NCBI GenBank assembly: GCA_018238545.1
Contig: JABCTC010000007.1
Coordinates: forward strand, 32,087-96,086
Length of the DNA stretch: 64,000 nt
Direction: 5' to 3'
Source: Candidatus Heimdallarchaeota archaeon
GTDB lineage: Archaea > Asgardarchaeota > Heimdallarchaeia > Heimdallarchaeales > Heimdallarchaeaceae
Positions within the stretch are counted from its first letter, which is position 1; each line of letters begins with the position of its first letter. This document shows positions 1 to 9,681 of the stretch, one piece after another. Both the position numbers and the translations under genes were made by a program. The notes beneath the pieces were generated by a model that was not told the origin of the DNA, did no database searches, and was given only the letters and a program-made list of their open reading frames with translations.

Positions 1-1
1 C

Positions 2-340
2 TAAAGAAGAGATGAGTATTGAAAAAGCTGGTCTCGATTTGCTGCTCTCTTTTCTATATTCTCTGGAAAGTGTTAACCCTCTGATTTTTATGGCAAATGG
101 TAATTCTTTAGGCTTGTCAGTTAAATCATAAATTCTAATAAAATTCGGGTTTCCTTTAACAGAGTGAACTATAACGGCGGTCTCATATCCTTTCATTTTC
201 ATTGCATTAATCGTGTAAACCAGAGTAGCTGACCCTCTTGCTACTCTTGAAGACTGAGGGACAACGCTAACTATGTCATGTATAAATGAACGAGTTTTAT
301 TTGCAGGGGAACGTGATGTAGTGAAACCGATCTTTGTCAT
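2..340 (-). CDS. Brix/Imp4-domain ribosome biogenesis protein (3' end runs off window)
   Basis: Not in ORF track. ATG at 340 translates MTKIGFTTSRSPANKTRSFIHDI...ARG...VHSVKGNP; TTSRxP and KGNP are Brix motifs. Typical position after rpl37ae. Confidence 0.85.
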   Translation of the reverse strand, partial: MTKIGFTTSRSPANKTRSFIHDIVSVVPQSSRVARGSATLVYTINAMKMKGYETAVIVHSVKGNPNFIRIYDLTDKPKELPFAIKIRGLTLSREYRKESSKSRPAFSILISSL

Positions 341-416
341 TTGAGAAAAAAAAGTACATAGTAATTAAAAGGTAAACGTTGTAAACAAAAATAAAATAGT
401 AAAAGTAAGAAAGAGT

Positions 417-698
417 TTAGAAGTCTTCTTTTAATGCTTCAGAAATACGAGTAACTCTTCTTGTGATACTTCTTCCAGCACTTGTGTTTGGTTCCCAGGC
501 TCCACCTGCAAATTTTTCTCCACACTTGGTGCACTCCCAGATCCCTAAACCTGCTCTTTTTAGAGCCTTCATATTACATACTGGGCATTTATAGATGGCT
601 TTGCTTTTTTCCTCTAATTGTCTTACTCTTTTTCTAATAGTACTACCATATCGAGCACCATATCGTCCAGTTGAACCCACTTTTTTTGTTTTACCCAT
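417..698 (-). CDS. rpl37ae: 50S ribosomal protein L37Ae (eL43)
   Basis: KKVGSTGRYGARYG, CPVC...GIWECTKC zinc ribbon, AGGAWEP; start placed at MGKTKK. Confidence 0.97.
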   Translation of the reverse strand: MGKTKKVGSTGRYGARYGSTIRKRVRQLEEKSKAIYKCPVCNMKALKRAGLGIWECTKCGEKFAGGAWEPNTSAGRSITRRVTRISEALKEDF

Positions 699-714
699 GA
701 TTCGCACCTTCTAT

Positions 715-1524
715 TTACGAGAGCGATTTCATCAGCTCTTTCCTTAAAGCTTTCGATACATTCAAAGATTCACGGACTATTTCCATAATCTCTGCAGGTT
801 TGTAAGTTCCTTGATCTCCTTTCTGTAAAGCTACGATTCTATCTTCTTCATCAAAACCAATTGTGATTCTTGAATCACTTACACGATCTTCTTTGAAATT
901 TGGATCATAAATTTTGTACTTATCAATTTTGTAGCAGGTTACAGCAACGGGATAATGATTTATCTTTAGTGGTTCTTTTTCTTCTAATTTCTCTATTGAA
1001 CCATCTTCAAGAACTTTTACTTTTGGTATTTTTGTTGTTGCCAAAGCGGCCATTGCACCTAATGCAGCTGCATCGAATAAATTACCATCATGATTTAATA
1101 CGTAGAAGTCGATGAAAAGAATCCACACATGTTTTTCAGGAACTACACATAATTTTGACAAATCAATACAATGTGATTCTCTTATAGTTCTATCAGTAAC
1201 TCTAGCTAATTCAATGGCTGCATTGCTTGGAGGTCCACTTTCAAAGTAAGGTGAAGCTATTGGTGAAAGTTCAGCGCCAGTTGTTATTACTCCACTTTCA
1301 GGAGAATCTGGATATGGAGTTCCTAATATAGCTTTGACTCCAACAATGATTTTGGTATTTCCGATAGTTATTACTGCTGAACCCTCTGCTTTTTCTACAA
1401 AGTTTGTTTCGATTTTTATTTCTCGAAAACCATCTAATGTTCTTCCATCTATTCTTTTCTTTTGCTCAAGCAATGAAAGGATGTGGTCTTTTTCTATTTC
1501 ATTGATTATGTATTTGTCACCCAT
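715..1524 (-). CDS. rrp42: Exosome complex component Rrp42
   Basis: RIDGR, KAEGSA, PYPDSP, FESGPP, ELARVTDR, DGNLFDA; start at MGDKY (the track's N-terminal extension overlaps rrp41). Confidence 0.96.
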   Translation of the reverse strand: MGDKYIINEIEKDHILSLLEQKKRIDGRTLDGFREIKIETNFVEKAEGSAVITIGNTKIIVGVKAILGTPYPDSPESGVITTGAELSPIASPYFESGPPSNAAIELARVTDRTIRESHCIDLSKLCVVPEKHVWILFIDFYVLNHDGNLFDAAALGAMAALATTKIPKVKVLEDGSIEKLEEKEPLKINHYPVAVTCYKIDKYKIYDPNFKEDRVSDSRITIGFDEEDRIVALQKGDQGTYKPAEIMEIVRESLNVSKALRKELMKSLS

Positions 1525-1525
1525 T

Positions 1526-2404
1526 TTATTCGACCTCTTTTTTATCATCTTTGCTAGGTTTTGGTTCCTCAGTTTTAGGTTTCTCAACTTTCAATACTGG
1601 TTTGGGAGCAACCTTTGGTTCCTCTTTTGGTTCCTCTTTTGGTTCCTCAGTTTTGGGTTTCACGGGAACTTCTACTTCCGCGCGTATGTCTGTATATTTT
1701 TGCTTAAGAGCATCTCTTTGTATTTCATAAAGATCCTTAGCTCCCTTTATTGCAATGTTTAAACAGTCTTCAAATTGTTTAACAGTAAACACACCATCTA
1801 ATTGAAGAAGAGAGATTTCATCTAGTACAGGACAATATCCAAGGGGCAAATCACCTGACCCCTTCTGATCTTCGACATCAAATAGATCAAGAACAGCTTT
1901 ATCATTGATTAAACCAGCTGCTACAGAAGCTATCAATCCCCTCATAGGAATGCCAGCATCAGCTAAGGCTACAGAAGCAGCTGTTAAGCTTGCAGTTCGA
2001 GTTCCTCCATCAGCTTGCAACACTTGCAAGTATACATCAATTGTTGTTCTTGGGTATTTTTCTGTCAGAACAACAGATGCTAATGAATTACTGATAACCA
2101 TAGAAATTTCTTTTTCTCTCCTTGAGGGAGCTGGACTTTTCCTGTCACTTACTGAAAATGTAGACATTCTATAAAAACACTGAATTAATGCTCTATCTGC
2201 AAGTGCTCTGTGTTTTGGATGTAATTCCCTTGGTCCATAAACTGCAGCGATAATGATGTTTTTACCCATTCGTATCTCTGCTGAACCATCTGCGTTTTTA
2301 ATAACACCAATCTTAATATTTACTGGACGTAACTCATCTACTTTGCGTCCATCTAATCTTATTCCTTTCTCATCTATGAGTTTTACACTTCCGTCTCCGG
2401 CCAT
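1526..2404 (-). CDS. rrp41: Exosome complex exonuclease Rrp41 with Lys/Glu/Pro-rich C-terminal tail
   Basis: RLDGRKVDELRP, NADGSA, VYGPRE, SRREKEIS, LQADGGTR RNase PH motifs. Confidence 0.97.
   Translation of the reverse strand: MAGDGSVKLIDEKGIRLDGRKVDELRPVNIKIGVIKNADGSAEIRMGKNIIIAAVYGPRELHPKHRALADRALIQCFYRMSTFSVSDRKSPAPSRREKEISMVISNSLASVVLTEKYPRTTIDVYLQVLQADGGTRTASLTAASVALADAGIPMRGLIASVAAGLINDKAVLDLFDVEDQKGSGDLPLGYCPVLDEISLLQLDGVFTVKQFEDCLNIAIKGAKDLYEIQRDALKQKYTDIRAEVEVPVKPKTEEPKEEPKEEPKVAPKPVLKVEKPKTEEPKPSKDDKKEVE
1561..1661. repeat. Coding 12-bp tandem repeat (tttggttcctct x3, 1614-1649) plus a duplicated KPKTEEPK segment in the Rrp41 tail
   Basis: Seen directly; encodes KPKTEEPKEEPKEEPK...KPKTEEPK. 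Confidence 0.85.
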
Positions 2405-2420
2405 TATAATCACCTTAAAT

Positions 2421-3110
2421 TTATTGTTGATCCTCTGATATCATATCACGAATTCTATCAGTCAAACCTTGTGTATGAGCCTCTAACTCAATTCTTGTTA
2501 TCGCTTGAATTGCTTTCAATTCATCTTCTATCTTCTTTCCATTAACCCATATTTTCCCGTTTTGACCAGTTATTATCTGGGTTCTAGTCAATCTTTTTAT
2601 CATATTGATCATAGTACCCTTTTTGCCAATAACACGGGGAATGTGAGAGGCCTCTATTTGAATCAATCGTCCGCCTCTAAGTTTTCCTAATCCTCTTTCA
2701 TTTGTGATTAGCATGGGATCTCTTGTTCTATCAAAACTCGCAATTTTTGTGAGAATTATATCCCCTAAACTGAAAATTTTTCTGGCGTCATCATTAATTG
2801 GATCGAAGCGTTTTTCTGTTGCATTATTGGCACTAAGTATCGCTGTATATGGCGAACCTATGTCCACTATCCAACTCGTTAAGCCAACTTCTGTGACTTT
2901 TCCTATAACTAAATCACCAGGTCGAGGGAGATATTTCCCTCTGAGTGCTTTAACTTGGATAAAATCACCTTTATCCTGAAATAAACCAACTACTGAGGAA
3001 TAATATTCGCCATTTCTTTTGACAATTCCTTCTCCATAATTAATTGGTCCTTCAGCTAAAAGATCACCTGGTATAACTATTGCATGATTTTTTGCTATAA
3101 CTTTAGACAT
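2421..3110 (-). CDS. rrp4: Exosome complex RNA-binding protein Rrp4 (S1+KH)
   Basis: VIPGDLL, YLPRPGDLVIG, PRVIGKKG (KH GxxG), GQNGKIW, EAHTQGLTDR. Confidence 0.96.
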   Translation of the reverse strand: MSKVIAKNHAIVIPGDLLAEGPINYGEGIVKRNGEYYSSVVGLFQDKGDFIQVKALRGKYLPRPGDLVIGKVTEVGLTSWIVDIGSPYTAILSANNATEKRFDPINDDARKIFSLGDIILTKIASFDRTRDPMLITNERGLGKLRGGRLIQIEASHIPRVIGKKGTMINMIKRLTRTQIITGQNGKIWVNGKKIEDELKAIQAITRIELEAHTQGLTDRIRDMISEDQQ

Positions 3111-3132
3111 GTTATGTCACCGTTTTGTTTCT

Positions 3133-3876
3133 CTATTCCGACATTCTCTCCAAAACTTTAATTTGAGCCTTTCCTTTTGTTCTAGATGTAATTTGCTCTA
3201 AGAAATCAGCTTGAGTTCCTGAAGGGATATTAACAACAACAGCTAAACTACCGTCAGATAACCATTCTTCTTGAACAAGATTTCCAGCAGAAATTAAGAA
3301 ACCATATAGGGCTCCAGTATAACTTGGAGGAATCTTTACAGCTAATTTTACTGATTCAAGCCTAATTGGCATAATTGGTTTCAATAAGTCAATGACTTCT
3401 AATGCCTGACTTTTTACATCATCTTTGTAAGAAATATTGACACCTAAATCTAGAATTGCATTCTCAATTCTGTCTTTTGGAATTGGTGTATTTTCACGTG
3501 GGTTAATACAGTGAATGTGAATAAAATTTACTATCTCAATTCTCTTCTCTTTTTGAATCTCATTTCGTTGGCTTATTGTAAGCTGTAATTTGCCTTCTTT
3601 TAGAATCTTAATAGCTGTTTCTCTCTCGGTTAATCCTTCGAAAGCTACATTCAAGTCATCTTGTGTAGCCTTAACTCCCCGAGAAATGTTCTCATAGACA
3701 ATATAAACTTCAAAGATATCATCTATTTCAACCTCTTCACCTTGGATAAATAACCAGGCGGGTTCAGGATTAACAAGTAATTCATAACGCCTCCCATGTT
3801 TTTCATATCGGACAATAGATTTACCTTTTAAATCAATACGTCTATCTATTGTTACTCCTCTGAAATCTTTGCTCAT
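3133..3876 (-). CDS. Ribosome maturation factor SBDS/Sdo1
   Basis: RYELLVNP, GKLQLT, INPRENTPIPKDRIENA, EEWLSDGS; heads the exosome operon. Confidence 0.93.
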   Translation of the reverse strand: MSKDFRGVTIDRRIDLKGKSIVRYEKHGRRYELLVNPEPAWLFIQGEEVEIDDIFEVYIVYENISRGVKATQDDLNVAFEGLTERETAIKILKEGKLQLTISQRNEIQKEKRIEIVNFIHIHCINPRENTPIPKDRIENAILDLGVNISYKDDVKSQALEVIDLLKPIMPIRLESVKLAVKIPPSYTGALYGFLISAGNLVQEEWLSDGSLAVVVNIPSGTQADFLEQITSRTKGKAQIKVLERMSE

Positions 3877-4015
3877 CTTAATCACACTCAAGTGTCGGAG
3901 TATTGTTTTTAACTTTTGAAAAAAGTAAAAGACCAGATTTATAAGACTTTTTAAGAAGGAGAATAAAGTATCATCTGTAGAAACAAGAATCTTATCTGAT
4001 TTTTTGGGTGATTAT

Positions 4016-4555
4016 ATGACAAATCTTCTTGTGACAGGAGCTCCAAGAGCAGGAAAAACCACTCTTATTTCAACAGTAATATCAAAACTCAATTTTGGTG
4101 TGGTTGGTTTCATTACAACTGAAATAAGAGAAAATAACATTAGAACGGGTTTTACAATTGAAACCTATTCTGGTATTAAGAAAACCCTAGCTTCTAAGAA
4201 AAATCTAGAAAGCAAGTATAGGGTGGGAAGGTATGGTGTTTATTTAGATAATCTAAACTCCATAGTTAGCACACTAGAAAAGGAAATAAATGATAATATG
4301 CCAAAATTGGTTGTTATTGATGAGATTGGGAAAATGGAACTTTTTTCACTTTCCTTCAGGGAATTTGTTATGAAAGCTCTCAATCAGAACAAAGTTTTTG
4401 GAACTATTATGCTTAGGGATAACGATTTTACAAAAAAAATCAAACTAAGAAGCGATACAAAGGTTTTCGAAATTAATCTGCAAAACAGAGAAAATATCAT
4501 GAATAAAATAGAGGAGTTAGTTAGATGCCAGAAGGACCAGAAGTTGAATGTGTAA
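4016..4555 (+). CDS. Nucleoside triphosphatase (NTPase_1/THEP1 family)
   Basis: Walker A GAPRAGKTT, GFITTEIR, VGRYGV, VIDEIGKME. Confidence 0.92.
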   Translation: MTNLLVTGAPRAGKTTLISTVISKLNFGVVGFITTEIRENNIRTGFTIETYSGIKKTLASKKNLESKYRVGRYGVYLDNLNSIVSTLEKEINDNMPKLVVIDEIGKMELFSLSFREFVMKALNQNKVFGTIMLRDNDFTKKIKLRSDTKVFEINLQNRENIMNKIEELVRCQKDQKLNV

Positions 4556-5367
4556 GGCGTTCATTGAAATCAATAATTGGGAAAAAATTACAAAGAATCC
4601 ACTTAACTGAACTCTCCCAGAAATATCATAAATATCAAAACAAACAAACTCAGTTTAATCAATTTAGTGGGCATCAAATAAAGAAAATTGAAAGAATTGG
4701 AAAGTTTCTTATTTTTAAGTTTGATAGGAAAGAAGTTATTTTGAACCATCTAGGAATGTCTGGCAACTGGCTTCTATTAAAAGAGAAAGATCAGATTTTA
4801 CCTTCACACTCGAAGGTGTTAATAGAATTTGAAACGTTACCAAACGTTGTTTTTTATGATATGAGAAATTTAGGTCAGTTCAAAATATATGAAAGTTATA
4901 ACTCTGTGCTTAAGCATCAACCAATTCGTAAAATGGGTATAGATGGACTGTTGAGTACTTTTCCTATGGATGAATTTCTTCTAAGAATAGATAAGAGAAA
5001 TTATGCAAACCGAGAGATAGGTTCTGTTCTTCTTGACCAGAAATTGGTAGCAGGCATAGGAAATATATACAAATCAGAATCTTTAGCATTAGCAAACATT
5101 AATCCTACAAGACTAGTAAAAACATTGAAAAATAAAGAGCGAAGAAGACTAGGTCAAGCTATCTCTAAAACACTCCACAAAGCAGTTGAATCCATGGGTA
5201 GCACATTTAACTCATTTAGAACTCCTGATGGGAGAGAGGGGTCGGCACAGAATTGGCATCAAGTATATGGGAAAAAAGGTGGAAAGTGTAGTAGTTGTGG
5301 GAGTGAAATAAGGAGAGTTGTACAGGACAAAAGAAGTACTTTCTATTGCCCCAATTGTCAGCTGTAA
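4525..5367 (+). CDS. mutM: Fpg/Nei DNA glycosylase/AP lyase
   Basis: N-terminal PEGPEV, RIGKFL, HLGMSG, H2TH LLDQKLVAGIGNIY, C-terminal CxxC...RSTFYCPNCQ zinc finger. Confidence 0.9.
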   Translation: MPEGPEVECVRRSLKSIIGKKLQRIHLTELSQKYHKYQNKQTQFNQFSGHQIKKIERIGKFLIFKFDRKEVILNHLGMSGNWLLLKEKDQILPSHSKVLIEFETLPNVVFYDMRNLGQFKIYESYNSVLKHQPIRKMGIDGLLSTFPMDEFLLRIDKRNYANREIGSVLLDQKLVAGIGNIYKSESLALANINPTRLVKTLKNKERRRLGQAISKTLHKAVESMGSTFNSFRTPDGREGSAQNWHQVYGKKGGKCSSCGSEIRRVVQDKRSTFYCPNCQL

Positions 5368-5387
5368 ATTGATGAAATGGATGATTT

Positions 5388-6218
5388 CTAGAGATTAATA
5401 TTGGCTTTCTTTAGTTTCCTTAGAATAATTGGCTTAAATATCAGTTTTCTAAGTGCAACTTTTATATAAAGACTTTTTTTGAAGTATTTTGCGACCAACT
5501 TATATGAATCAATTACGTCCCAAATTGTTGGATGAGCATCTATCTCATTAACTATTATTTTATTATATCCTCTTTTCTTGATATTCTGCAGAATGTAAGT
5601 AATCGGTAATACACCTGATCCAAAAGAGTAGTGTGAATCTTCACCTTCATTGCAGTCAGAAAAGTGAATTTCTTCTAACTCATTAAATGGCATTTTGTCA
5701 AGTAGGTCTAAATATGTCTCAGAGCCATTTTGAATATATGAATGAGCTACATCAAATAACCATCCTTTCAGTTGCTCCCCCAAATCTTTCTTCAGTCTAT
5801 TGTAATAGTTTAGAAAATCCTCATCTGTTCGACTCATAACATTTTCTACAACTACAGGAATTTTTAGTTGACTGACATTCTTAACTAACGTTTCATATTC
5901 ACCTTGATGTTCAACTGGGTGAAATACAGCAATTATAATGTTTAATTTGTCAACATTTTCATTAACTAATTTAATAACTTCATCAATCTCCTTTTGTTTC
6001 TCAGGAAAAGAAAAATCATATCCATCTATTTCATCGACAGGAAGATGAAAAGTTGTTATCATATCGCCTACAGCTTCTATTACGCTGTCAAGATTATCAA
6101 AATTTACACCTTGTGGATTTAGCTCGCAAGATTCTATGCCCAAAGTTTTAGCAAATTTGATTAAATGCTCACACTCCAACCCTTTGTGAGTTTGAATTGT
6201 TTGACCAATAAGCACCAT
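5388..6218 (-). CDS. Sugar phosphate isomerase/epimerase (AP endonuclease 2) TIM-barrel protein
   Basis: VEN, FDVAH, EIHFSD, DSH...G.G, VNE metal ligands. Confidence 0.8.
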   Translation of the reverse strand: MVLIGQTIQTHKGLECEHLIKFAKTLGIESCELNPQGVNFDNLDSVIEAVGDMITTFHLPVDEIDGYDFSFPEKQKEIDEVIKLVNENVDKLNIIIAVFHPVEHQGEYETLVKNVSQLKIPVVVENVMSRTDEDFLNYYNRLKKDLGEQLKGWLFDVAHSYIQNGSETYLDLLDKMPFNELEEIHFSDCNEGEDSHYSFGSGVLPITYILQNIKKRGYNKIIVNEIDAHPTIWDVIDSYKLVAKYFKKSLYIKVALRKLIFKPIILRKLKKANINL

Positions 6219-6277
6219 ACTTTTTCTATAATGGAGATATATATAAGTTAACCTTCTAATTGAAAAATGATACTTCT

Positions 6278-7033
6278 ATGAAAGCTAAGAGAGCGATAGT
6301 GCGTGAACCTAGTTTGAGTTATACACAGTGTGTTTCTTCACACCCATTGCATCATGCTGTGAGTCTTGAAAAAGCAAAACAACAACATGCGGATTATTGT
6401 GACGTATTAGCGAGTCTTGGTCTCGAATTAATCAAGCTACCACCAAAGAAAGATTACCCTGATTCTTGTTTCGTTGAAGATACCGCAGTTATTTTTGAAA
6501 ATAGAGCCTTTATCACAAGAATGGGTGTTAAAAGTCGTCGTGGCGAAGACAAAGAAGTAGAAGAAGTACTCAGAGAATATTTCACAACTAAACGAGCAAC
6601 AGAACCAGCTACTCTTGAAGGTGGAGATGTTTTACATCTCCCTGATAAATTGATTTGTGGAATAACTCAAAGAACAAATGAATTTGGAACTCAACAAATG
6701 GAGAATTGGTTACAAGTCAAAGTAGCTACAATAACTAACCCTAACATTGTTCATCTCAAAAGTTACATGAAATATCTAGGAAAAAATACGATGATTATCA
6801 ATGAAAAATTTGTTAATCATCCTTTATTACAAAAACTTAATCTTCTAATAATTCCTAATAAAGAAAGTTATTCGGTTAACTGTTTATCAATTGAAAACAC
6901 AGTAATTATGTCTGATAATTTTAAATATGCTCAAAATGCTGTAATTGAAGCAGGATTTGAAGTTATCTCCCTTGAAATGAGTGAATTTGAAAAATGTCAA
7001 GGAGCTTTAACCTGTCTCTCAATCATTTTTTAG
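6278..7033 (+). CDS. Dimethylarginine dimethylaminohydrolase (amidinotransferase fold)
   Basis: PDSCFVEDTA, SRRGE, LEGGDV, RTN, HLKS, EFEKCQGALTCLS. Confidence 0.9.
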   Translation: MKAKRAIVREPSLSYTQCVSSHPLHHAVSLEKAKQQHADYCDVLASLGLELIKLPPKKDYPDSCFVEDTAVIFENRAFITRMGVKSRRGEDKEVEEVLREYFTTKRATEPATLEGGDVLHLPDKLICGITQRTNEFGTQQMENWLQVKVATITNPNIVHLKSYMKYLGKNTMIINEKFVNHPLLQKLNLLIIPNKESYSVNCLSIENTVIMSDNFKYAQNAVIEAGFEVISLEMSEFEKCQGALTCLSIIF

Positions 7034-7118
7034 AATCTTTCATATTTAAGCATAAATGACATTATTGCAGTAAATGCAAACATCTAAATAGTAAAATTGC
7101 TATTTTTTTCTGAGTAAA

Positions 7119-7745
7119 ATGTTCTTCAGACGTATAGTGAAATCTCTTATTGGTTTTGTTACTTGTACGATTGTTGTTCTTCTCTTGATATTAATATTGT
7201 GGCCAACATTTGATCAACCTGGATTAGTGGAGTTTAATCGGCTTATGGTTGAACAATATGGTTCAAGTGGTCATTTTACTGTAGCACTTTTATCTCTCTT
7301 AGTTGTAAATATCTTTTTACCAATAGATTTACCTGACATTTTTAATGTTGCTAATACTCTTTCTGGAAGTCCAGTTCCTGATGGTTTCCCATTTAGTCAT
7401 GTGGGAATGTATATTCTGATTCTTGTAATTTGGTTAATTGGTTCTTTTGCAGGTGGCTTAGCTTCTCGGGGAGGTTTAAGGTCAGGAGCATGGTCTGCTA
7501 TGCTCTCTTTTGTGTTTCTAGATCTGATATTTTCAATTATGGTTGATGCCATGGGTATTTCTGTTGCAGGTTTTACAGGTTCATTCTTTGTTGTTTTCTT
7601 CTTTACTCTAGTTGTAGGTTCATTCATCTTTATACCGATAGTTGGTCTAGCAGGAGGAATAGCAGGAGGAATTTTAGGCAAAATGCTCTTCCGGAAAGGC
7701 AAGGATAAAAGTAGTAAAGATTCTATTAATAGTGATAAAGAGTAA
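7119..7745 (+). CDS. Integral membrane protein, Gly-rich TM helices
   Basis: About 5 hydrophobic segments with GxxxG repeats. Confidence 0.7.
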   Translation: MFFRRIVKSLIGFVTCTIVVLLLILILWPTFDQPGLVEFNRLMVEQYGSSGHFTVALLSLLVVNIFLPIDLPDIFNVANTLSGSPVPDGFPFSHVGMYILILVIWLIGSFAGGLASRGGLRSGAWSAMLSFVFLDLIFSIMVDAMGISVAGFTGSFFVVFFFTLVVGSFIFIPIVGLAGGIAGGILGKMLFRKGKDKSSKDSINSDKE

Positions 7746-7829
7746 TTTTAATTAAGAGAAAAACTCTCTTTTTTTTCCACTGAAGCATATGTTTTTTATA
7801 TTGAAATATAGAACTCATAATTGACTAGG

Positions 7830-9341
7830 ATGGCTTCTCAAACCAACATTCATGCAATACCTTGGGTAGAAAAGTATCGACCAGGTGTTTTTGAAGATTT
7901 TATTGGAAATTCAGACCTAGTTCAAGAACTTGAGAACTGGTTACTAACTTGGAATTCTCAAAAAAAGAAAGTTGTTCTGATTGCAGGTCCTGCTGGTGTA
8001 GGTAAAACTAGTGTTGTATACTATTTGATCAAAAAGTACAATTATGAGTCTGTAGAAGTAAATGCGAGCGACAAAAGAAACAAGGCTGCTGTAGAACGAC
8101 TAGTAGGTCTATCTTCAACAGAAGGGACCGTACTTCAAGGTGCTAGGGTCAGAAAAATAATTTTAGTTGATGAAGCTGATGGGCTTTTTGGAAACAACGA
8201 TCGTGGGGGCGGACCAGCACTAGCAAGAGCTATAGATAAAGCTAAAATTCCAATAATTTGCACAGCTAATGATCCTTCAGCAAAATCTCTGAAAGCTGCA
8301 AAAAGAAAAATGAAAGTTATAACATTTAAAAGTTTAACAGAGCAAGAAATATTGCTACTCTTACAAAGGATTGTAGAAGAAGAGAAACTTGACATAGATG
8401 AAAAAGTATTAGTTGCCATCACAAAAAACTCCGGTGGAGATGCGCGATCAGCTATTAATGATTTACAAGGTGTTGCTTTTAGCGCAAAGGATCTAGAGGT
8501 GATTTTTTCACCAAGAAATCAGAAACACAGTTTAGATACAGCCTTAACAAACATCTTCTCTGCTAAAGATTATGGAGAAGCAAAACGTGCTCTTGATGGA
8601 GTTGATGTAGATTATAGAGAGCTATTAACCTATGTCTATGAACATGCTTGGCAACAAGCCGCAACTTCAATTGAACTTTTTAACATTTATGAGTTAATTG
8701 CTGAAGCCGATATGTACTTATCACAGTGCTATATTAAACAGAACTGGACTTTCTTGAAGTATTTCTTTATACTGATCTCTTCCATTAATCTTGTAAAACA
8801 ATCACCTTTCAAATATACAAAATTTAGTTTTCCAAGTTATTGGGCTTTAATGGGAAGATTGAGGGGAAAGACTGCAAAAATGAAACAATTAGCAGAGAAG
8901 AGTGGAAAAGCACTTCATTGCTCTACTAGAATATTCACTAAAGATATTTATCCCTATCTGAGAATTATTTTTAGTACAGACGCTACTATGGCCACAGGGA
9001 TTGCTGTTTGGTTACAATATAATGAAGACGATGTTGACTTCCTGACTAATGGCTCTTCAAAAATGACAAAACAAATTATGACATATTATGAGGAAGCATA
9101 CATACAGATTACTGAATCTAGATTAGAAAAAGCGAAAGAAATTAAAATTGATTTGATGTTTTTTGCTAACATGAATAAATCAAAAAAGAAAACATCTTCA
9201 AAGATCGTTCAAGAAGACGTTCAAGAAGACGTTCAAGAAGACGTTCAAGAAGACGTTCAAGAAGACGTTCAAGAAGACGTTCAAGAAGACACTAAAAAGA
9301 AATCTTCACAGATTTCTCTAGATGCCTTTTTAGAAAAATAG
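7830..9341 (+). CDS. rfcL: Replication factor C large subunit
   Basis: PWVEKYRP, GPAGVGKT, EVNASD, LVDEAD, GDARSAINDLQ, C-terminal PIP box QISLDAFL. Confidence 0.95.
   Translation: MASQTNIHAIPWVEKYRPGVFEDFIGNSDLVQELENWLLTWNSQKKKVVLIAGPAGVGKTSVVYYLIKKYNYESVEVNASDKRNKAAVERLVGLSSTEGTVLQGARVRKIILVDEADGLFGNNDRGGGPALARAIDKAKIPIICTANDPSAKSLKAAKRKMKVITFKSLTEQEILLLLQRIVEEEKLDIDEKVLVAITKNSGGDARSAINDLQGVAFSAKDLEVIFSPRNQKHSLDTALTNIFSAKDYGEAKRALDGVDVDYRELLTYVYEHAWQQAATSIELFNIYELIAEADMYLSQCYIKQNWTFLKYFFILISSINLVKQSPFKYTKFSFPSYWALMGRLRGKTAKMKQLAEKSGKALHCSTRIFTKDIYPYLRIIFSTDATMATGIAVWLQYNEDDVDFLTNGSSKMTKQIMTYYEEAYIQITESRLEKAKEIKIDLMFFANMNKSKKKTSSKIVQEDVQEDVQEDVQEDVQEDVQEDVQEDTKKKSSQISLDAFLEK
9207..9290 (+). 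repeat. Perfect 12-bp tandem repeat (gttcaagaagac x7) encoding (VQED)7 in the RFC-L linker
   Basis: Seven identical units, no spacers, in frame just before the PIP box. Confidence 0.97.
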
Positions 9342-9351
9342 TTCTGAATTA

Positions 9352-9681
9352 TTAATCATCCATATTCTCTTGTGCTTTTGTAAACTGCTCTCCTAAGGGA
9401 AAAACCATACCTTCAGAGAGAAGATATTGTAGCATTTTCTTGAAATTCGATACTCTATATGTATCAGAACCCATCTTTTTGCGAATCATTCTGTTCTCTA
9501 TCAAATATTCCAGACACTTAGAAACATCTTCCCCACTTATACCAGTAACCTCAGTAAGTTCTTCTAGGTCCATTCCCTCCTCATATAGACTCAAAGATAC
9601 TGCAATCACTCCAACATTCACCCTGTCTATGACTTCGGCGGGAAGGTCAACATCATCTTTCTCGTTATCTTGATTAATCAT
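9352..9681 (-). CDS. Small winged-helix protein
   Basis: GMDLEELTEVTGISGEDVSKCLEYLIENRMIRK wHTH pattern; ATG at 9681 overlaps the upstream PRT stop. Confidence 0.7.
   Translation of the reverse strand: MINQDNEKDDVDLPAEVIDRVNVGVIAVSLSLYEEGMDLEELTEVTGISGEDVSKCLEYLIENRMIRKKMGSDTYRVSNFKKMLQYLLSEGMVFPLGEQFTKAQENMDD

Noticed and set aside
9207-9290. Possible CRISPR array
   Set aside because: 12-bp units with no spacers, in frame inside rfcL.
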